A stretch of DNA of 64,000 nucleotides, taken from NCBI GenBank assembly GCA_963845755.1, contig CAWJTV010000028.1:128001-192000 (forward strand). Reading direction: 5' to 3'. Under the pieces are notes generated by a model that saw only the letters and a program-made list of their open reading frames with translations, ran no database searches and was not told the origin of the DNA. Source of the DNA: an uncultured Planctomycetota bacterium (GTDB lineage: Bacteria > Planctomycetota > Planctomycetia > Isosphaerales > Isosphaeraceae). The translations under genes and the position numbers were made by a program. This document shows, in pieces, positions 34,372 through 45,122 of this stretch (position 1 is the first letter of the stretch; each line of letters begins with the position of its first letter).

Positions 34372-35447
34372 CACGACGGTCTCCACGGAGCAGCGCGTGC
34401 CACGTCCTGCATGCGGGACTCCGAGGCGAGTTGGACCAGAGCAAAGGCACATCCCGCGGCGGAGGCCACTTCGCCCCAAGCTTCCTTGAGACTGATGACC
34501 GGCCCATCGTGTGCGATCAAGCGAAGGGCGAGCCGACGAGCCAGGAAGTCGCCCGATCCCGCGATGACGGCCGCGTTCGGCCACCCGATCGTGGGACGAC
34601 AGGCCCGCTCGACCGCCTGCTCGAGACGATCCAGCAAGCGGGTGTCGGAGGCCTGGGAGAAGATGAGAGCATCGTCGGTGGAGAATCCATCTCGATCCGC
34701 GCCGACCATGCGTGCCAGGCGATCCCGCGCGGCGTCGGCCGTGGAGGGACGTCCGTCGGCGGTGGAGAGGTCGAGAGGGTTGGATGCGATGTCACCGAGG
34801 GTCAGGTAGACATCCAGGGTGGATGCGAACAGCTCGGCGGCCAGACCAGTCGGGACACCTCGGAACGGGAGCTCAGTAGCCAGTGCGCAGACCGGCGTGC
34901 GTCGGACTCCGGCATACACCAGTTCCCCTAACTGGAGCCGTTCCGTGTCGCTTCGTCCCCGAGCGACGACCGAGCCCTGATCCAGGGGTATGAGGTCGGT
35001 TGTGGTCGTGCCGATGTCTATCAGCAGGGCTGCGTCGTGAGGGAAGAGTCGGGCGGCGAGCGTCGCAAGCGCCAGCCAGTTGGCCGCCGCTGCCATTCGC
35101 GGTGCCGCCCGGGCATCGGCCACGCTGTGGAACGCGCCGTCAACGCCCCAGACAGCAATCGAACGACCCGGAAGCGCCTCGACGAGTGCGTCGAGGATCG
35201 CGTGAACGCCGACCTCCTTGGTCGGATAACAGTCGCAGAGCTCGGCGGTCATCGTAACCGCGGCTGCGGTGCTCGGCGGGAATATGGCCGCGACGGCCGC
35301 GATCGTGCGGCCCAGATCCTCCGGCCGCTTCCAGACCTCGAAGGGCACCGTCCGGGCCATCCCCTCACTGTGGGACGCCTTGATGTTGGCGCCGCCGATA
35401 TCCAGGCCGAGCCAGGCGCTCCGTCTTCCATCTGTGCGATCGCTCAT
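34371..35447 (-). CDS. Hydantoinase/oxoprolinase family H4MPT-linked protein (MfnF/orf9-like)
   Basis: GLDIGGANIK, TMTAELCDC, AANW, DIGTTTTDLIP, GELVYAGVRRTP. Confidence 0.88.
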   Translation of the reverse strand: MSDRTDGRRSAWLGLDIGGANIKASHSEGMARTVPFEVWKRPEDLGRTIAAVAAIFPPSTAAAVTMTAELCDCYPTKEVGVHAILDALVEALPGRSIAVWGVDGAFHSVADARAAPRMAAAANWLALATLAARLFPHDAALLIDIGTTTTDLIPLDQGSVVARGRSDTERLQLGELVYAGVRRTPVCALATELPFRGVPTGLAAELFASTLDVYLTLGDIASNPLDLSTADGRPSTADAARDRLARMVGADRDGFSTDDALIFSQASDTRLLDRLEQAVERACRPTIGWPNAAVIAGSGDFLARRLALRLIAHDGPVISLKEAWGEVASAAGCAFALVQLASESRMQDVARAAPWRPS

Positions 35448-36493
35448 CAGACGACTCCTCGATCAAACCGCACGCCGCCCGAGGCGTCGAACGATAGAGG
35501 TCTGCTCCCGTGAACCCGATCCGCCAGCCCGCGGAGCAGTTCAGCATCGCCCACCTGGTTTTCGAAGGCAACGAGCCAGGCATCGGCGAGCTGTCCCGCG
35601 GGCAAGAGTCGAGTCAGCCCCACGCACGACGTGGTCGGCCGCGGATTGATCTCGAGCACCGTTGCCTGACGACGGGCCTCGTCCCAGAGGAAATCGACGC
35701 CAACGAACCCTCGAAGTCCCGGGATCGATTCCACGATCGGCCGGAGCTGCGACTCCGCGTAGCGACACGGAGCCGGTAGGCGCCCACCACGGTATTCGAA
35801 TCGAGCATCGCGGACGGTGACATCCTGGATTCCGACACCGACTAGCCAACCTCTCTCGTGAACATCGACGAGGAAGCTCGCACTCATCGGTGTGCCGGGC
35901 AGGTACGGCTGAAGCAGGGCGCGAGGTACCTTGCGAGCCGCGGCCGGGAGCCTTCGATGGTGTGTCAGGCAGAAGGTGTCGATCGCCCCCGCTCCATCGA
36001 CCGGCTTCAGGACCGCGGGGAACTCCGCATCGTCCGGCAATCCCTCCGAAGGGTTGATCGTGCGACTCGGAGGCGTTGCGATTCCGCGCGATTCCAACCA
36101 TCGGCACAGCCGTTCCTTGTCGCCGGTGAGCTCGATCGCGTGCGGCAACGAGCCGAGCACACGGGCTCCGGCCGAGTGGAGCGCGCCCGTCACGCGTGCC
36201 AGGATCCCCGTGGTCTCGGGAGCCACCAGTACGGTAAAATCGGCCGCGCGTGCCAGTTCGGGGAGGCGACACTCCAACTGACCCGGCGCGATCCTTTGGA
36301 TGTTCCAGGGACCCGGGTCTTCCGGTAGCCGCGCATCCAGGGTGACGATGACCCGCGCCGTTCCCCCTGCGGAGGCCGAAAAGTCCGCCGCAAGGGCCCG
36401 GCGCATTGCGCAGCCCTCGGCCGCCCACGACGAGGGAAGCGGCTCGTCTGCCAGTCCTCCGCCGGTCACCCATTCATGAACCAGAATCGTCAA
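35447..36493 (-). CDS. ATP-grasp ligase (MfnD-like tyramine-glutamate ligase)
   Basis: ILVHEWVTGGG, EG.AM..AL, APET.G.L, KP.DGAG, GFVGVD, EINPRPTTS; probable TTG start at 36493. Confidence 0.85.
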   Translation of the reverse strand: MTILVHEWVTGGGLADEPLPSSWAAEGCAMRRALAADFSASAGGTARVIVTLDARLPEDPGPWNIQRIAPGQLECRLPELARAADFTVLVAPETTGILARVTGALHSAGARVLGSLPHAIELTGDKERLCRWLESRGIATPPSRTINPSEGLPDDAEFPAVLKPVDGAGAIDTFCLTHHRRLPAAARKVPRALLQPYLPGTPMSASFLVDVHERGWLVGVGIQDVTVRDARFEYRGGRLPAPCRYAESQLRPIVESIPGLRGFVGVDFLWDEARRQATVLEINPRPTTSCVGLTRLLPAGQLADAWLVAFENQVGDAELLRGLADRVHGSRPLSFDASGGVRFDRGVV

Positions 36494-36518
36494 CGATCGT
36501 CCGCGGATCATCACGCGA

Positions 36519-37283
36519 ATGCCATTCCGAGTTGTGCCGGTCATCGACTTGAAGAAAGGCCGGGCCGTTCACGCTGTGGGCGGCCACCGAGATCAGTATC
36601 AACCGCTCCGCAGCATTTGGCAAGCGACTGCCCTCCCGGAGGAACTCGCGTGCAGCCTGCGCGACGGGCTGGGTCTGAACTCGCTGTACCTCGCCGACCT
36701 GGACGCCATCGGAGGACACCCGCCGCACATCGAGCTCTATCGGCGGCTCCGCGAACTGGTTCCCGACATCTGGATCGACGCCGGTCTGCGCGACGCGCGG
36801 GACGTCGCCGGACTGCTCGATCTCGGTCGTCGCGATCTAAGTGCCGTCGTCGGCCTGGAAAGCCTGACGAGTCCGCGCGATCTGGCGGGTGTTCTGGAAC
36901 GAATGGGAGTCGACCGCACGATCTTCAGCCTCGACCTTTTCGACGGACGTCCGCGGATCGCGCCCGCCGCGGAATGGATGACCGACGATCCGATCGCGAT
37001 CGCAGATCGCGCGATCGCTGAAGGCGTTCGCCGCTTGATCCTTCTCGACCTGGCGCGGGTCGGCACGGGGCGAGGACCAGGGTCTCACCGACTCCTCGTC
37101 GAAATCCGACAGGGTTATCCCCATGTCGAGATGACCGTGGGGGGCGGGATCACGCGTGTTGAGGAGATCCTGGAGTTGCGAGACGCCGGCGCGACGGCCG
37201 TCCTGGTTGGCTCGGCGATTCATGACGGGCGGATCGGCCGTCGGGAATTGGAGTGGATCGCCGGAGCGGACCGAAAGCTGTGA
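36519..37283 (+). CDS. HisA/HisF-like TIM barrel (orf17-like C1 cofactor biosynthesis protein)
   Basis: VPVIDLKKGRAVHAVGG.R..Y.P, YLADLDAI, LDLARVG.G.G, VGGGI. Confidence 0.85.
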   Translation: MPFRVVPVIDLKKGRAVHAVGGHRDQYQPLRSIWQATALPEELACSLRDGLGLNSLYLADLDAIGGHPPHIELYRRLRELVPDIWIDAGLRDARDVAGLLDLGRRDLSAVVGLESLTSPRDLAGVLERMGVDRTIFSLDLFDGRPRIAPAAEWMTDDPIAIADRAIAEGVRRLILLDLARVGTGRGPGSHRLLVEIRQGYPHVEMTVGGGITRVEEILELRDAGATAVLVGSAIHDGRIGRRELEWIAGADRKL

Positions 37284-37303
37284 GGCTACTCACGGATCGG
37301 ACC

Positions 37304-37799
37304 CTATCCTTCCCGGCGCCATTCCACCTCGGCCGACTGGCCGAAGCTCTCCTCGACTTCGACACGGATCACGCGCGGCAAGCTCCAGCCCCGGTCGAGC
37401 ATGGCCGCCTGGAGCCGGCCCGCGATGTATTCGGCCAGAAGCTCCGCGGTCGTGTTGGCAATCGGGACCAGCGCATTCCTCACGGGGGAAGCTCCAGTAA
37501 CGATCACCGTAGGTCACGCGGATGTTCGGGCCATCCTCGTGCAATAAGATATGACGGCTTCTCGTGGGGAGAAGCATCCGGTGGTCGAGCCCGTCGACGA
37601 TCGACTTGGTCATGTCCTTCAGTGCGATGAAGTCGATCACATAGTGATTCTCATCCAGGTCGCCTTCGGCCTCGACGGCTGTACGGTAATTGTGGCCGTG
37701 GAGTCGCTCGCACTGATCGCCCTCGTACGTGATGAAATGCCCCGAGCAGAAGACCAGGTAGTCCTTCGTGACCCGGACCTTGAAATGACAGGATGACAT
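37304..37799 (-). CDS. 6-pyruvoyl-tetrahydropterin synthase/QueD family protein (frameshift near 37475)
   Basis: CSGHF, CERLHGHNY, LDHR, NTTAE.LA, VEE. Confidence 0.88.
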
Positions 37800-37870
37800 G
37801 TCGTGAGAATCCATAGCGAAGTTCGGCCGTGAAGTGACGTCTCTGAATGCCTCTCGGGTCAGGTGGAGAA

Positions 37871-38791
37871 TCATCCCTCTGAGAGAGAGTCCCATGAGCC
37901 GGGAGGTAGGGGTAAATGAATTGTCCCATCTCGCAGGGCTGCGTACAAGACGGCTGAGACCAGGTCGGCAGTCGTGCCGGGATTGAGGCGACGGCCGGGT
38001 TCCCCGAGCCAGTCGTCGAAGGCCTCATATCGCCTCCGCGCTTCGTCGCTGTCCGGCCAGCCATCCTCAAGGATTCCCGTCGCCCCGTTGCAGACTTCGA
38101 GAGCCCGAGTCATGCCGGCCTTCCGCGCGATCAAGGAATCCGGATTCCGGGCCAGGATAGTGAGCGACGTACCCACGATCGCGGTTTCCAGATCCCGACC
38201 CTGCTCCAGGAAATCCCGGAATGCCGGCAGGCCCTCGCCCAGGACGTCCTGGAATCCGTTCGCGTACTGCCGGGCGATCAGGTCGCGATCTGCGGCGAGG
38301 CTCATCACCTCGCGAAGGTCGATCGTCGGCTCATGCGCGATATCCTGATCGGGGACGGTCCCCATTCCACCGGGCTGCGCCAGCCGGATCGCGCGAAAGA
38401 CGAGCCTCGCGTCCTCGACGGTCGTGGCGTCGAGCACGGATTCGATACCCCCTCGCAATCGGACACCTTGCGGCACTGACGCCAGGGGGGCCAGGAGGAG
38501 CACCATTCCCAGGTTGGTATTTGTCGAGACCACACGCCGCGTGGCCTCGATGGACCGGTAGACCGCCTCACCCACGCCCGACATGTTGACCCGGTCCAGA
38601 GGCTCGACGATCGCGCCGGCGCTCAAGACGAAGTCGAGGAACGTCAAATCCGGGAAGTCCCTCAGCCGGTGGACGTTGCCCGGTTTCCTGGCGTTCACTT
38701 CCAGCAAGCAGGCGATCTGCGCCAGTCGGCCCGGACTCAGGACAGGTCTCGGCGAGTTCTCGGGGTGTGACAAGGGATCAGGCTCGGTCAT
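37871..38791 (-). CDS. CitG-like triphosphoribosyl-dephospho-CoA synthase (orf7-like)
   Basis: EV.ARKPGNVH, NTNLG, DSLIARK.G, LNPGTTADL. Confidence 0.88.
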   Translation of the reverse strand: MTEPDPLSHPENSPRPVLSPGRLAQIACLLEVNARKPGNVHRLRDFPDLTFLDFVLSAGAIVEPLDRVNMSGVGEAVYRSIEATRRVVSTNTNLGMVLLLAPLASVPQGVRLRGGIESVLDATTVEDARLVFRAIRLAQPGGMGTVPDQDIAHEPTIDLREVMSLAADRDLIARQYANGFQDVLGEGLPAFRDFLEQGRDLETAIVGTSLTILARNPDSLIARKAGMTRALEVCNGATGILEDGWPDSDEARRRYEAFDDWLGEPGRRLNPGTTADLVSAVLYAALRDGTIHLPLPPGSWDSLSEG

Positions 38792-39699
38792 GGTCCCGGA
38801 TCGACCCTCGCGAATTCCTCAGCGTTTCGATCACCGCCGCGGCAACATCGAGCCCGGTGACTCGTGAAAGTGCACGCCAGCCCGGCACGGCGTTGACCTC
38901 CAGTAGCGTGAGACGAGCGCGGTCGGCATCAGGAATCAAGTTCGACGCCGGCCATCTCGGCCCCGAGTACGCGGGCGGAGTCGATGGCCAGACGTTCGGC
39001 CTCCGCGTCCAGCCGGCACGGTTCGGCTCGCCCGCCGAGCGAGACATTCGTCCGCCATTCTCCGGACGTCGCGTGTTAACGCATCGCACCCAGCACGGAT
39101 CCCTTCAGCACGAACACGCGGAGATCATGGCCCGGGTGGCGGACGAACTGCTGGAGGTACAGAATCGCGCCCAGCCGTTCGAGGGTATGGAAGGTCCGCC
39201 AGGCCAGTTCCCGGTCGCTGATCCGGAGCAGTCCCCGACCCTCTGACCCGAAGAGCGGCTTGACCACCACATCGCCACCCAGCGCCTCGAATGCAGTCAG
39301 GGCCGCGGTCGCCGACTGGCCGGCCCAGGTCGCCGGAACCGGCAGGCCCGACGCCGAGAGCTTGGCCAGACTCAGATACTTATCGACGGCCGCCTCGACG
39401 GCGCGTGGGGGATTGAGCACCGGCACGCCCGACGCCGCCACTCGGTGTAGCGCGTCCATCCGGAAAACCACCTGCTCCAGGCTCCCGGGTGGCATCATCC
39501 GAACCAGCACGCCATCCGTGTTCAGCAGATCGAGGCCGCCAGCCCGAATCGACGATGCGCGACGGTCCAGTTCCACCGAGGCCGAGACGTCGGAGAACGG
39601 GATCGCGTGCAACGCGACTTCGAGCCGTCCTGCAGCCCGATGCAGGTCGGCGACATGCCAGCCCAAGCCGGAGACCAAGGCCACGAGCGTCTTCATCAA
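38778..39699 (-). CDS. RimK-family ATP-grasp ligase (orf5-like); in-frame TAA at 39076 plus a frameshift
   Basis: GSLEQVVFRMD, KPLFGSEGRG, then in frame after the stop EWRTNVSLGG, and LEVNAVPGW. Confidence 0.85.
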
Positions 39700-40663
39700 C
39701 TAGCGCGCGCCCTTCGAAGCCAAACGAGCGTCCGAGGACGTCGGGATTGAGGCGTCCGAAGGAATGGACCTTTCCCGAATCCAGGTTCTGGAACGACACT
39801 TCCGCCGGGCTGAACAGGTGCGGATCCACCTTGTAGAAGTCATTGTTGTACCGCGCGAAGATCGCGGCGAACGGCTCTCCGTAATCGTGCGAGGCCGAGG
39901 AAGGGACCTGGGGACCGATTGCTTCCAGGCTGGCATCGTCTCCCGTCACGTAGAGCAGCACCCGCGCGCCATAGAGGATGGAATCGTTGGTCCGGCCGAT
40001 CGCGGCGAGGTCGTTATCGGCGACCGGGGGCAGGGGAGCCGTACCGTACGCCGAGACGATTCGCGTCAGGTCGAACTTCAACTCATGGAGCTTGTGCAGC
40101 GCCGTCTCGACCGAACGGGCCACGATCTGGACGCCGCCCGCCAGGCTGGCCGTCGGGGCGGCCAGCAGCGTAAGCGCCGCGGGCTCGACCCGGCAGGCGG
40201 CGGCGATCTTGGCAAAGATCACTGGCGGTGGCGGCTTGCGGGTTTCCAGCACGCCCACGATCGCAGGAGCCGATTCGCGGAAATCGATCGCCTCATAGAT
40301 TGCCTCGCTTCCCGCCGCGGCTCGCATCGGCCCTGAGCCCATCGCGAAGTATTTCCCATCCTGGATCGCCCAGCCTGCGTACTGGCTCGCCAGGCAGGCG
40401 CGAACCGGATGATCGGTGACGACCTGGATCACCGGAATCGACCGGCCGCCGACCTCTCCGGGTAGCATGGAAACCTGTCCCAAGCCGCCCAGGCAGACTC
40501 GCGCCACCTCGATCCCCGCCAGCAGGCTGCCCCTCGACTCGATCCCGCAGTCGATGTATCGGCCGCCGCCCTCGATCGTACGGACCGCGGTCCGGTAATC
40601 CTCGGGATGAGTCGCCAGTGTTTCGGCGACCGAAAGTGCGCGACGGTTCAAGGTCCACGCCAT
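39700..40663 (-). CDS. mch: Methenyl-H4MPT cyclohydrolase
   Basis: ACLASQYAGW, MGSGPMRA, ARSVETALHKLHEL, GRTND, FYKVDPHLFSPA; the run-on tail suggests a terminal frameshift. Confidence 0.93.
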
Positions 40664-40774
40664 GATTTCACCCAGCTTTCACGAGGATCCAACCTCTTCC
40701 ACGACCGAGAGCCGTGCACCTGATAACAGGTGGATTAACAGGTGAGTCAGCCTCGCCAGCGATCCATTAGCGTT

Positions 40775-40817
40775 AATCAAGTTTATATAATTTAAAAATA
40801 TGAACACGATTATAATA
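40775..40817 (-). promoter_or_regulatory. AT-rich promoter/operator region upstream of mch
   Basis: Imperfect inverted repeat AATCAAGTTTATAT-N9-ATATGAACACGATT; TATAAT on the minus strand near 40809-40814. Confidence 0.45.
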
Positions 40818-40923
40818 GGGCAGGAAATCGGTTTGCGAACCGTTCGAGGCCCCGAGCCGTTAAATTGTAACCGACGCGCTCTGGATGGAGATACTCCTCG
40901 CTGCTGGTTTGCGACCCTGTTAA

Positions 40924-41870
40924 TCAAGTCGGCGCCGGATATCGTTCCAGGACATCGTGGAGTCGGATTGGGAACGGTCCGAGTTTACCCCCGTAGTTGC
41001 CCGCAGTGACTCCCAAGATCGCGTTGTCGGGTTGCGTCGCGGCGTGCAGGCCGGCGGCCGTGGCCCGTTCGACGGCCTCGAGGCTCAGTCCGTCGATGAC
41101 GATCTCGTAAACACAGCGGGCCTCGGGTGGCAACTCGGTCGGGACGACCCCGCGGAGTATCGGTGCGAAGCCGGTATTGGTGCTGGCGCAGGGCCTTGTA
41201 CTTGCTACCGACCTTCGAACCCGAACGAGCAATTCCTCCGGGAAAGGGGAGGATGACGTCGGGACACCGGCGCATCGCGGTGGCGGCGCGTTCGGTCGCC
41301 TGTAGCGTCGCGGCAGGCTCGGACCCCAGCAGGATGATATTGCCCCCCGCGACGCCTTTGATCGTCCCGAAGGTCTCCTCGCAGAGGAACTCGCCGTCCA
41401 TCATCGGGACGCGCCAGGACGCGCCGGCCTCCGATCCACTTCGAGATCTGCCAGCCATCGCCGAAATACCGGAGCCGGCCCCCGACGTTGATCGTCTTCT
41501 CGCCCAATGGTAGTCCGTTGTAGCAGGCGGTCGTCGGACAGGTCATCACGCATTGCCCGACCCGGTTCGACACGGCCTTCTCCAGGGCATCCCGGCTGAA
41601 CGCGAAGACCAGGAGACTCACGCCGGGACGGGCGTCGGGGGTCTCGGATGCGGCGAGCTGGCGCTCGATGGCGGCCTCGGCGTCGCAGCCGATGACGCTC
41701 GTGGCGTACCCGGTCATGGTCTGACCAGCGATCCAGGCCCAGGGGCGCGTCACGGCCGTCACGATCACGCGCGTGGCCGTCATCGGAAAGGCCTCAGCGA
41801 AGGTGTCCACCACCATCCCGCGGAGGCGAGCCGTGTCGAGATTCATCGATGAATCGCCGGGAACGTTCAT
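40924..41870 (-). CDS. fhcD: Formylmethanofuran--H4MPT formyltransferase (Ftr/FhcD; two frameshifts)
   Basis: DTFAEAF, ATSVIGCDAE, RVGQCVMTCPT, FGDG, GSKVGSKY, ASTN, EIVIDG, GNYGGKLG. Confidence 0.92.
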
Positions 41871-43528
41871 GAGGATGCAACGACTTCGCGGTTTGGTAAC
41901 GCGGCGTCTTCAACGGGGTAGTTCCGCCATCGGATCGAGTACGAGTCCTCGAACCATTGCCGGATATCCTGCTCCACGCCGCGATCGTAATCGGGCTCGA
42001 CATGTAGCGTCTTGCCGGAGGGATCCTCGCGAATCTCTCCGTGGTCGACGATGAGCCGGCCGCCCTTGATCACGTGCCGCGGCAGTTCGAACATCGTCTC
42101 GCGATTGGCATTGGGCGTATAGATGGTGACGTCGGCATCGGCGCCAGGTCCAAGATGACCCTTGTGCGGCAAGCCGAGGATCCGGGCCGGGCCGGCACGG
42201 GTGATAATCGCGATTTCGGACAAGGTGTATTCGCGGTCCAGCTCCTTCAGGAGACTTTTTTCTCGCACGGCGACCGGCAGAGTGTTGAAAACGTCCTGTC
42301 GGTACGTCCGATCCATCAGCAGACGGATGATCTGGGGATAGGCCAGGAACGAGCCGCCGTTTGGGTGGTCCGTCGTCATCGCCACCCGCCAGGGATCCTC
42401 CACGAGCAAGTACCATTCCAGACCGATCGCCCATTGCCAGGCATGGATCAAGCGGGTGTTCTTGTACTCGATCGGCACGACGCCGCACCCTTCCTCCAGT
42501 TCGGTGTCTGCGCTGAACCACGGGGTCTTGTACAGCTTGCTCAGGTAGTAGCCAAGCGGCCCATCGGCGGTCATGCTCATGGTTGGGCCGAAAACGACCT
42601 GGCCGATGTCCACGGTGAGGTTGTCGTGCCCATTCACGAACTCTGCCAGTGGAGCGACCTTCGAGCTGAAGCTGTCCTCGTCCTGATCACGTCCTCCATA
42701 ACTATGGAACTGGATATGGGTTAGATGCCCTCGATGACCCTCCAGGAGCTTCATCGTTTCGAGCGTGGTCGTCCAGTTGCCGGGAAGGCCGAGGTTGTTG
42801 GTGTGAATGTGCACCGGGTGAGGGAGCCGCAGCTCGTCGACCGCCTGTGCGATCGACCGGATAATCTGGCGCGGGGTCACGCCGAAGTGATCGACGGGCG
42901 TATCGACGTCCTCCACGTTACCGGCTTGCCGGTTCTTCCAGTTCTCGACGCCGCCCGGATTGACGATCTTGGCCGCGTAGCCCTTCGCGGAGCACAGCAG
43001 CCAGCCCACGAACGCCCGGAGCTTCTCGACCTCCCCGTGCTGGATCGACCTCATCACGTAGTGATTGTTGCCCAGCAGGGCGAAGAATCCCTTGTCGATG
43101 CAAGGGGTGTCGTCGAACTCCTGGTGTGCCTGGCGCGCGAAGAGTGGCGGGATCGCGGCGTCGAATGCCGTCGTATATCCCATACCGGCATATTTGTAAC
43201 CGGTGGCGAACGTGCTGGGAACGCTCCCCAGAGTGCCGCTGCGCGTCAGCCGAGTGCGAAGGACGGGCTGGGCATGCCGTTTGTGCCCCGGGCCGAGCTT
43301 GCGACCGGTATTGACCTTGGGCCCGACGATGTGGCAGTGCATGTCAACGCCGCCCGGCATGACCGCCATCCCCGAGGCGTCGAGAACTCGGGCCGGCCGA
43401 ATCTCGGGATCCGTCGGCGGCTCGACGATCCGGCCATCCGCGATCCAGAGGTCGCGGACTTCTCCATCGATGCCGTTGGCGGGATCGTAGAGAGTCCCTC
43501 CCGCAATCTTGAAATACTCGGTGATCAT
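41867..43528 (-). CDS. fhcA: Formyltransferase/hydrolase subunit A (FhcA/FwdA)
   Basis: DMHCH, KIVNPGG, HIHTNNLG, THIQFHSYG, TTDHPNGG. Confidence 0.95.
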   Translation of the reverse strand: MITEYFKIAGGTLYDPANGIDGEVRDLWIADGRIVEPPTDPEIRPARVLDASGMAVMPGGVDMHCHIVGPKVNTGRKLGPGHKRHAQPVLRTRLTRSGTLGSVPSTFATGYKYAGMGYTTAFDAAIPPLFARQAHQEFDDTPCIDKGFFALLGNNHYVMRSIQHGEVEKLRAFVGWLLCSAKGYAAKIVNPGGVENWKNRQAGNVEDVDTPVDHFGVTPRQIIRSIAQAVDELRLPHPVHIHTNNLGLPGNWTTTLETMKLLEGHRGHLTHIQFHSYGGRDQDEDSFSSKVAPLAEFVNGHDNLTVDIGQVVFGPTMSMTADGPLGYYLSKLYKTPWFSADTELEEGCGVVPIEYKNTRLIHAWQWAIGLEWYLLVEDPWRVAMTTDHPNGGSFLAYPQIIRLLMDRTYRQDVFNTLPVAVREKSLLKELDREYTLSEIAIITRAGPARILGLPHKGHLGPGADADVTIYTPNANRETMFELPRHVIKGGRLIVDHGEIREDPSGKTLHVEPDYDRGVEQDIRQWFEDSYSIRWRNYPVEDAALPNREVVASS

Positions 43529-44347
43529 GATTTCCCGCAGGTCCACACCTCGCCCTTACTCAGGGCCAGGAGGTCCCCATGATAGAGTAGGAGATCGCCA
43601 TCGAGCAGCCCCGGATCGACCGGAAAACCCAGCCTGGCCAATTCGCGGAAGATCAGTCGGAGAAAGAGCGGACGAAACAGTCCGGCCCGGCGAAACGTTG
43701 GCGGCAGCCTGGGGGGAATCCTTCCGAACAGCGCGATCGTCCCCCGGCGACATGCCGGCCCCGCTACGAACCCCGCAATCACCGAATACCAGGATGCTAC
43801 CGGCAATCATGTTAAATCCGATGGCGTCTCCGCAAGAACCGCGCACGGCGAGCATCCCCCGCCTCATGGCCGCGCAGATCTCGTTGCCGGCATTCCCTCC
43901 GATCAGGATCGTACCGTCGGTCATGCCTCGCTTGCCGCCGCGATAGGCCGCTCCGACAAGATCGCCGGCATCGCCTTGGATCTCAATAAAGCCGCCGTGC
44001 ATCTCGGCGCCCGCCCAGTCGCCGGCATTCCCATCGACCCGGATCGTCCCGCCGGTCATCTCGGCGCCCAGGTGGCGGCCCGCGTTTCCCTGGACCCGGA
44101 TCTCACCGCCGGTCATCCCGTACCCGATGTAGTGGACGCCGCTCAAATCCCCTTGGTAATCGATCCGGCCGTCGGAAAGGTTTCCCGAAACGCTGAACAG
44201 CTCAGCCAGCGGGACCTTGCGGTTGCCGAGGAGGATCTCCAGCCGCTCGATTTCGGCGAGCGACTTGTTGCGCAACCGGTCCGGCGTGATCCCCTCGACC
44301 TCGACGGGGACCGAAGTGTCTGCGTTGTAACGAAAGGTCAGAGCCAT
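43525..44347 (-). CDS. fhcC: Formyltransferase/hydrolase subunit C (FhcC/FwdC; frameshift near 43750)
   Basis: Beta-helix repeats G..MTGG.I.V.GNAG; C-terminal YHGDL..L.KGE; ATGA-coupled to fhcA. Confidence 0.92.
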
Positions 44348-44482
44348 GACAACCGTTCCGTACTGCTGCGCCCCAAGAGGACTCGCCGCCCATCGAGGTC
44401 GATTCTAACGATTTGGGTCACTGAGATGAACTTTCTGGTAGAGTGGAGATGCCGAGGTTCGTGTCCAGAAGGAGAAAAACCG

Positions 44483-44578
44483 ATGAACTTCGAGCAACTG
44501 GCCGAGTTGGGTCAGCAAGCCTTGCGGGCCTTCGAGCGCGATCTGCCCCGGCTCTGGGAGCAACGTCCAGGGCAGTGA
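44483..44578 (+). pseudogene. Truncated remnant of a small protein (possibly DUF5678-like)
   Basis: AAGGAG RBS, then MNFEQLAELGQQALRAFERDLPRLWEQRPGQ* (TGA where Trp might be expected). Confidence 0.35.
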
Positions 44579-44768
44579 GTCTCTTGTCCGGGGACACGGC
44601 GGCAATGAGATCCCGGATTGGAAATCGCATGGCTGAACCTCTTGGGAAACTGGATATCCTGTCTCATGGATGAGATACGACGAGATGAGATACGACGATT
44701 TGCGAGAGTCAAGGGGGAAATCTCCCAATGTTGGCCCATGAGCCTGTGCCTTTTTCGGCCGAGGAAGG

Positions 44769-45122
44769 ATGATGACCGACGAAGCACCTTCGCTCGACGA
44801 GGTCCGCCGACGGCTCATCGAGTTGCTCGAGGCCGATGAATGGCGGATCACCGAAAAAGCCGAGCGGTCGGGGCGGGCATTCCTGGGGAGAACCATCCCC
44901 GTCCCGACTCAACTCTCAATTGTAAGACATGTTCTGCAGCTCCTCGAGCAACCGGATTGTTCGCTGATACCCGTCCTCATGGGCACCCCCCCAAGCTCCC
45001 GTGGGGTGGGATATCGGGTTCGAGATCCAGTATCGCCCAATTTGTATATCAAGGTTAAGATTGAGGAGGATCTCGCCTGGATCCTCAGCTTCGGTGAGAG
45101 CAAGCATTTCAGGAGGCCCTAG
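44769..45122 (+). CDS. Putative MqsR-like type II toxin
   Basis: C-terminal LYIKVKI...ILSF motif; stop abuts the antitoxin ATG. Confidence 0.65.
   Translation: MMTDEAPSLDEVRRRLIELLEADEWRITEKAERSGRAFLGRTIPVPTQLSIVRHVLQLLEQPDCSLIPVLMGTPPSSRGVGYRVRDPVSPNLYIKVKIEEDLAWILSFGESKHFRRP

Noticed and set aside
29250..39078. Alternative genetic code or selenocysteine at the in-frame stops
   Set aside because: TGA and TAA terminate neighbouring genes normally, and the positions do not correspond to catalytic Cys
39380..39700. Mch with a ~100-aa C-terminal extension
   Set aside because: The extension overlaps the RimK-like gene out of frame and is most likely a read-through artefact
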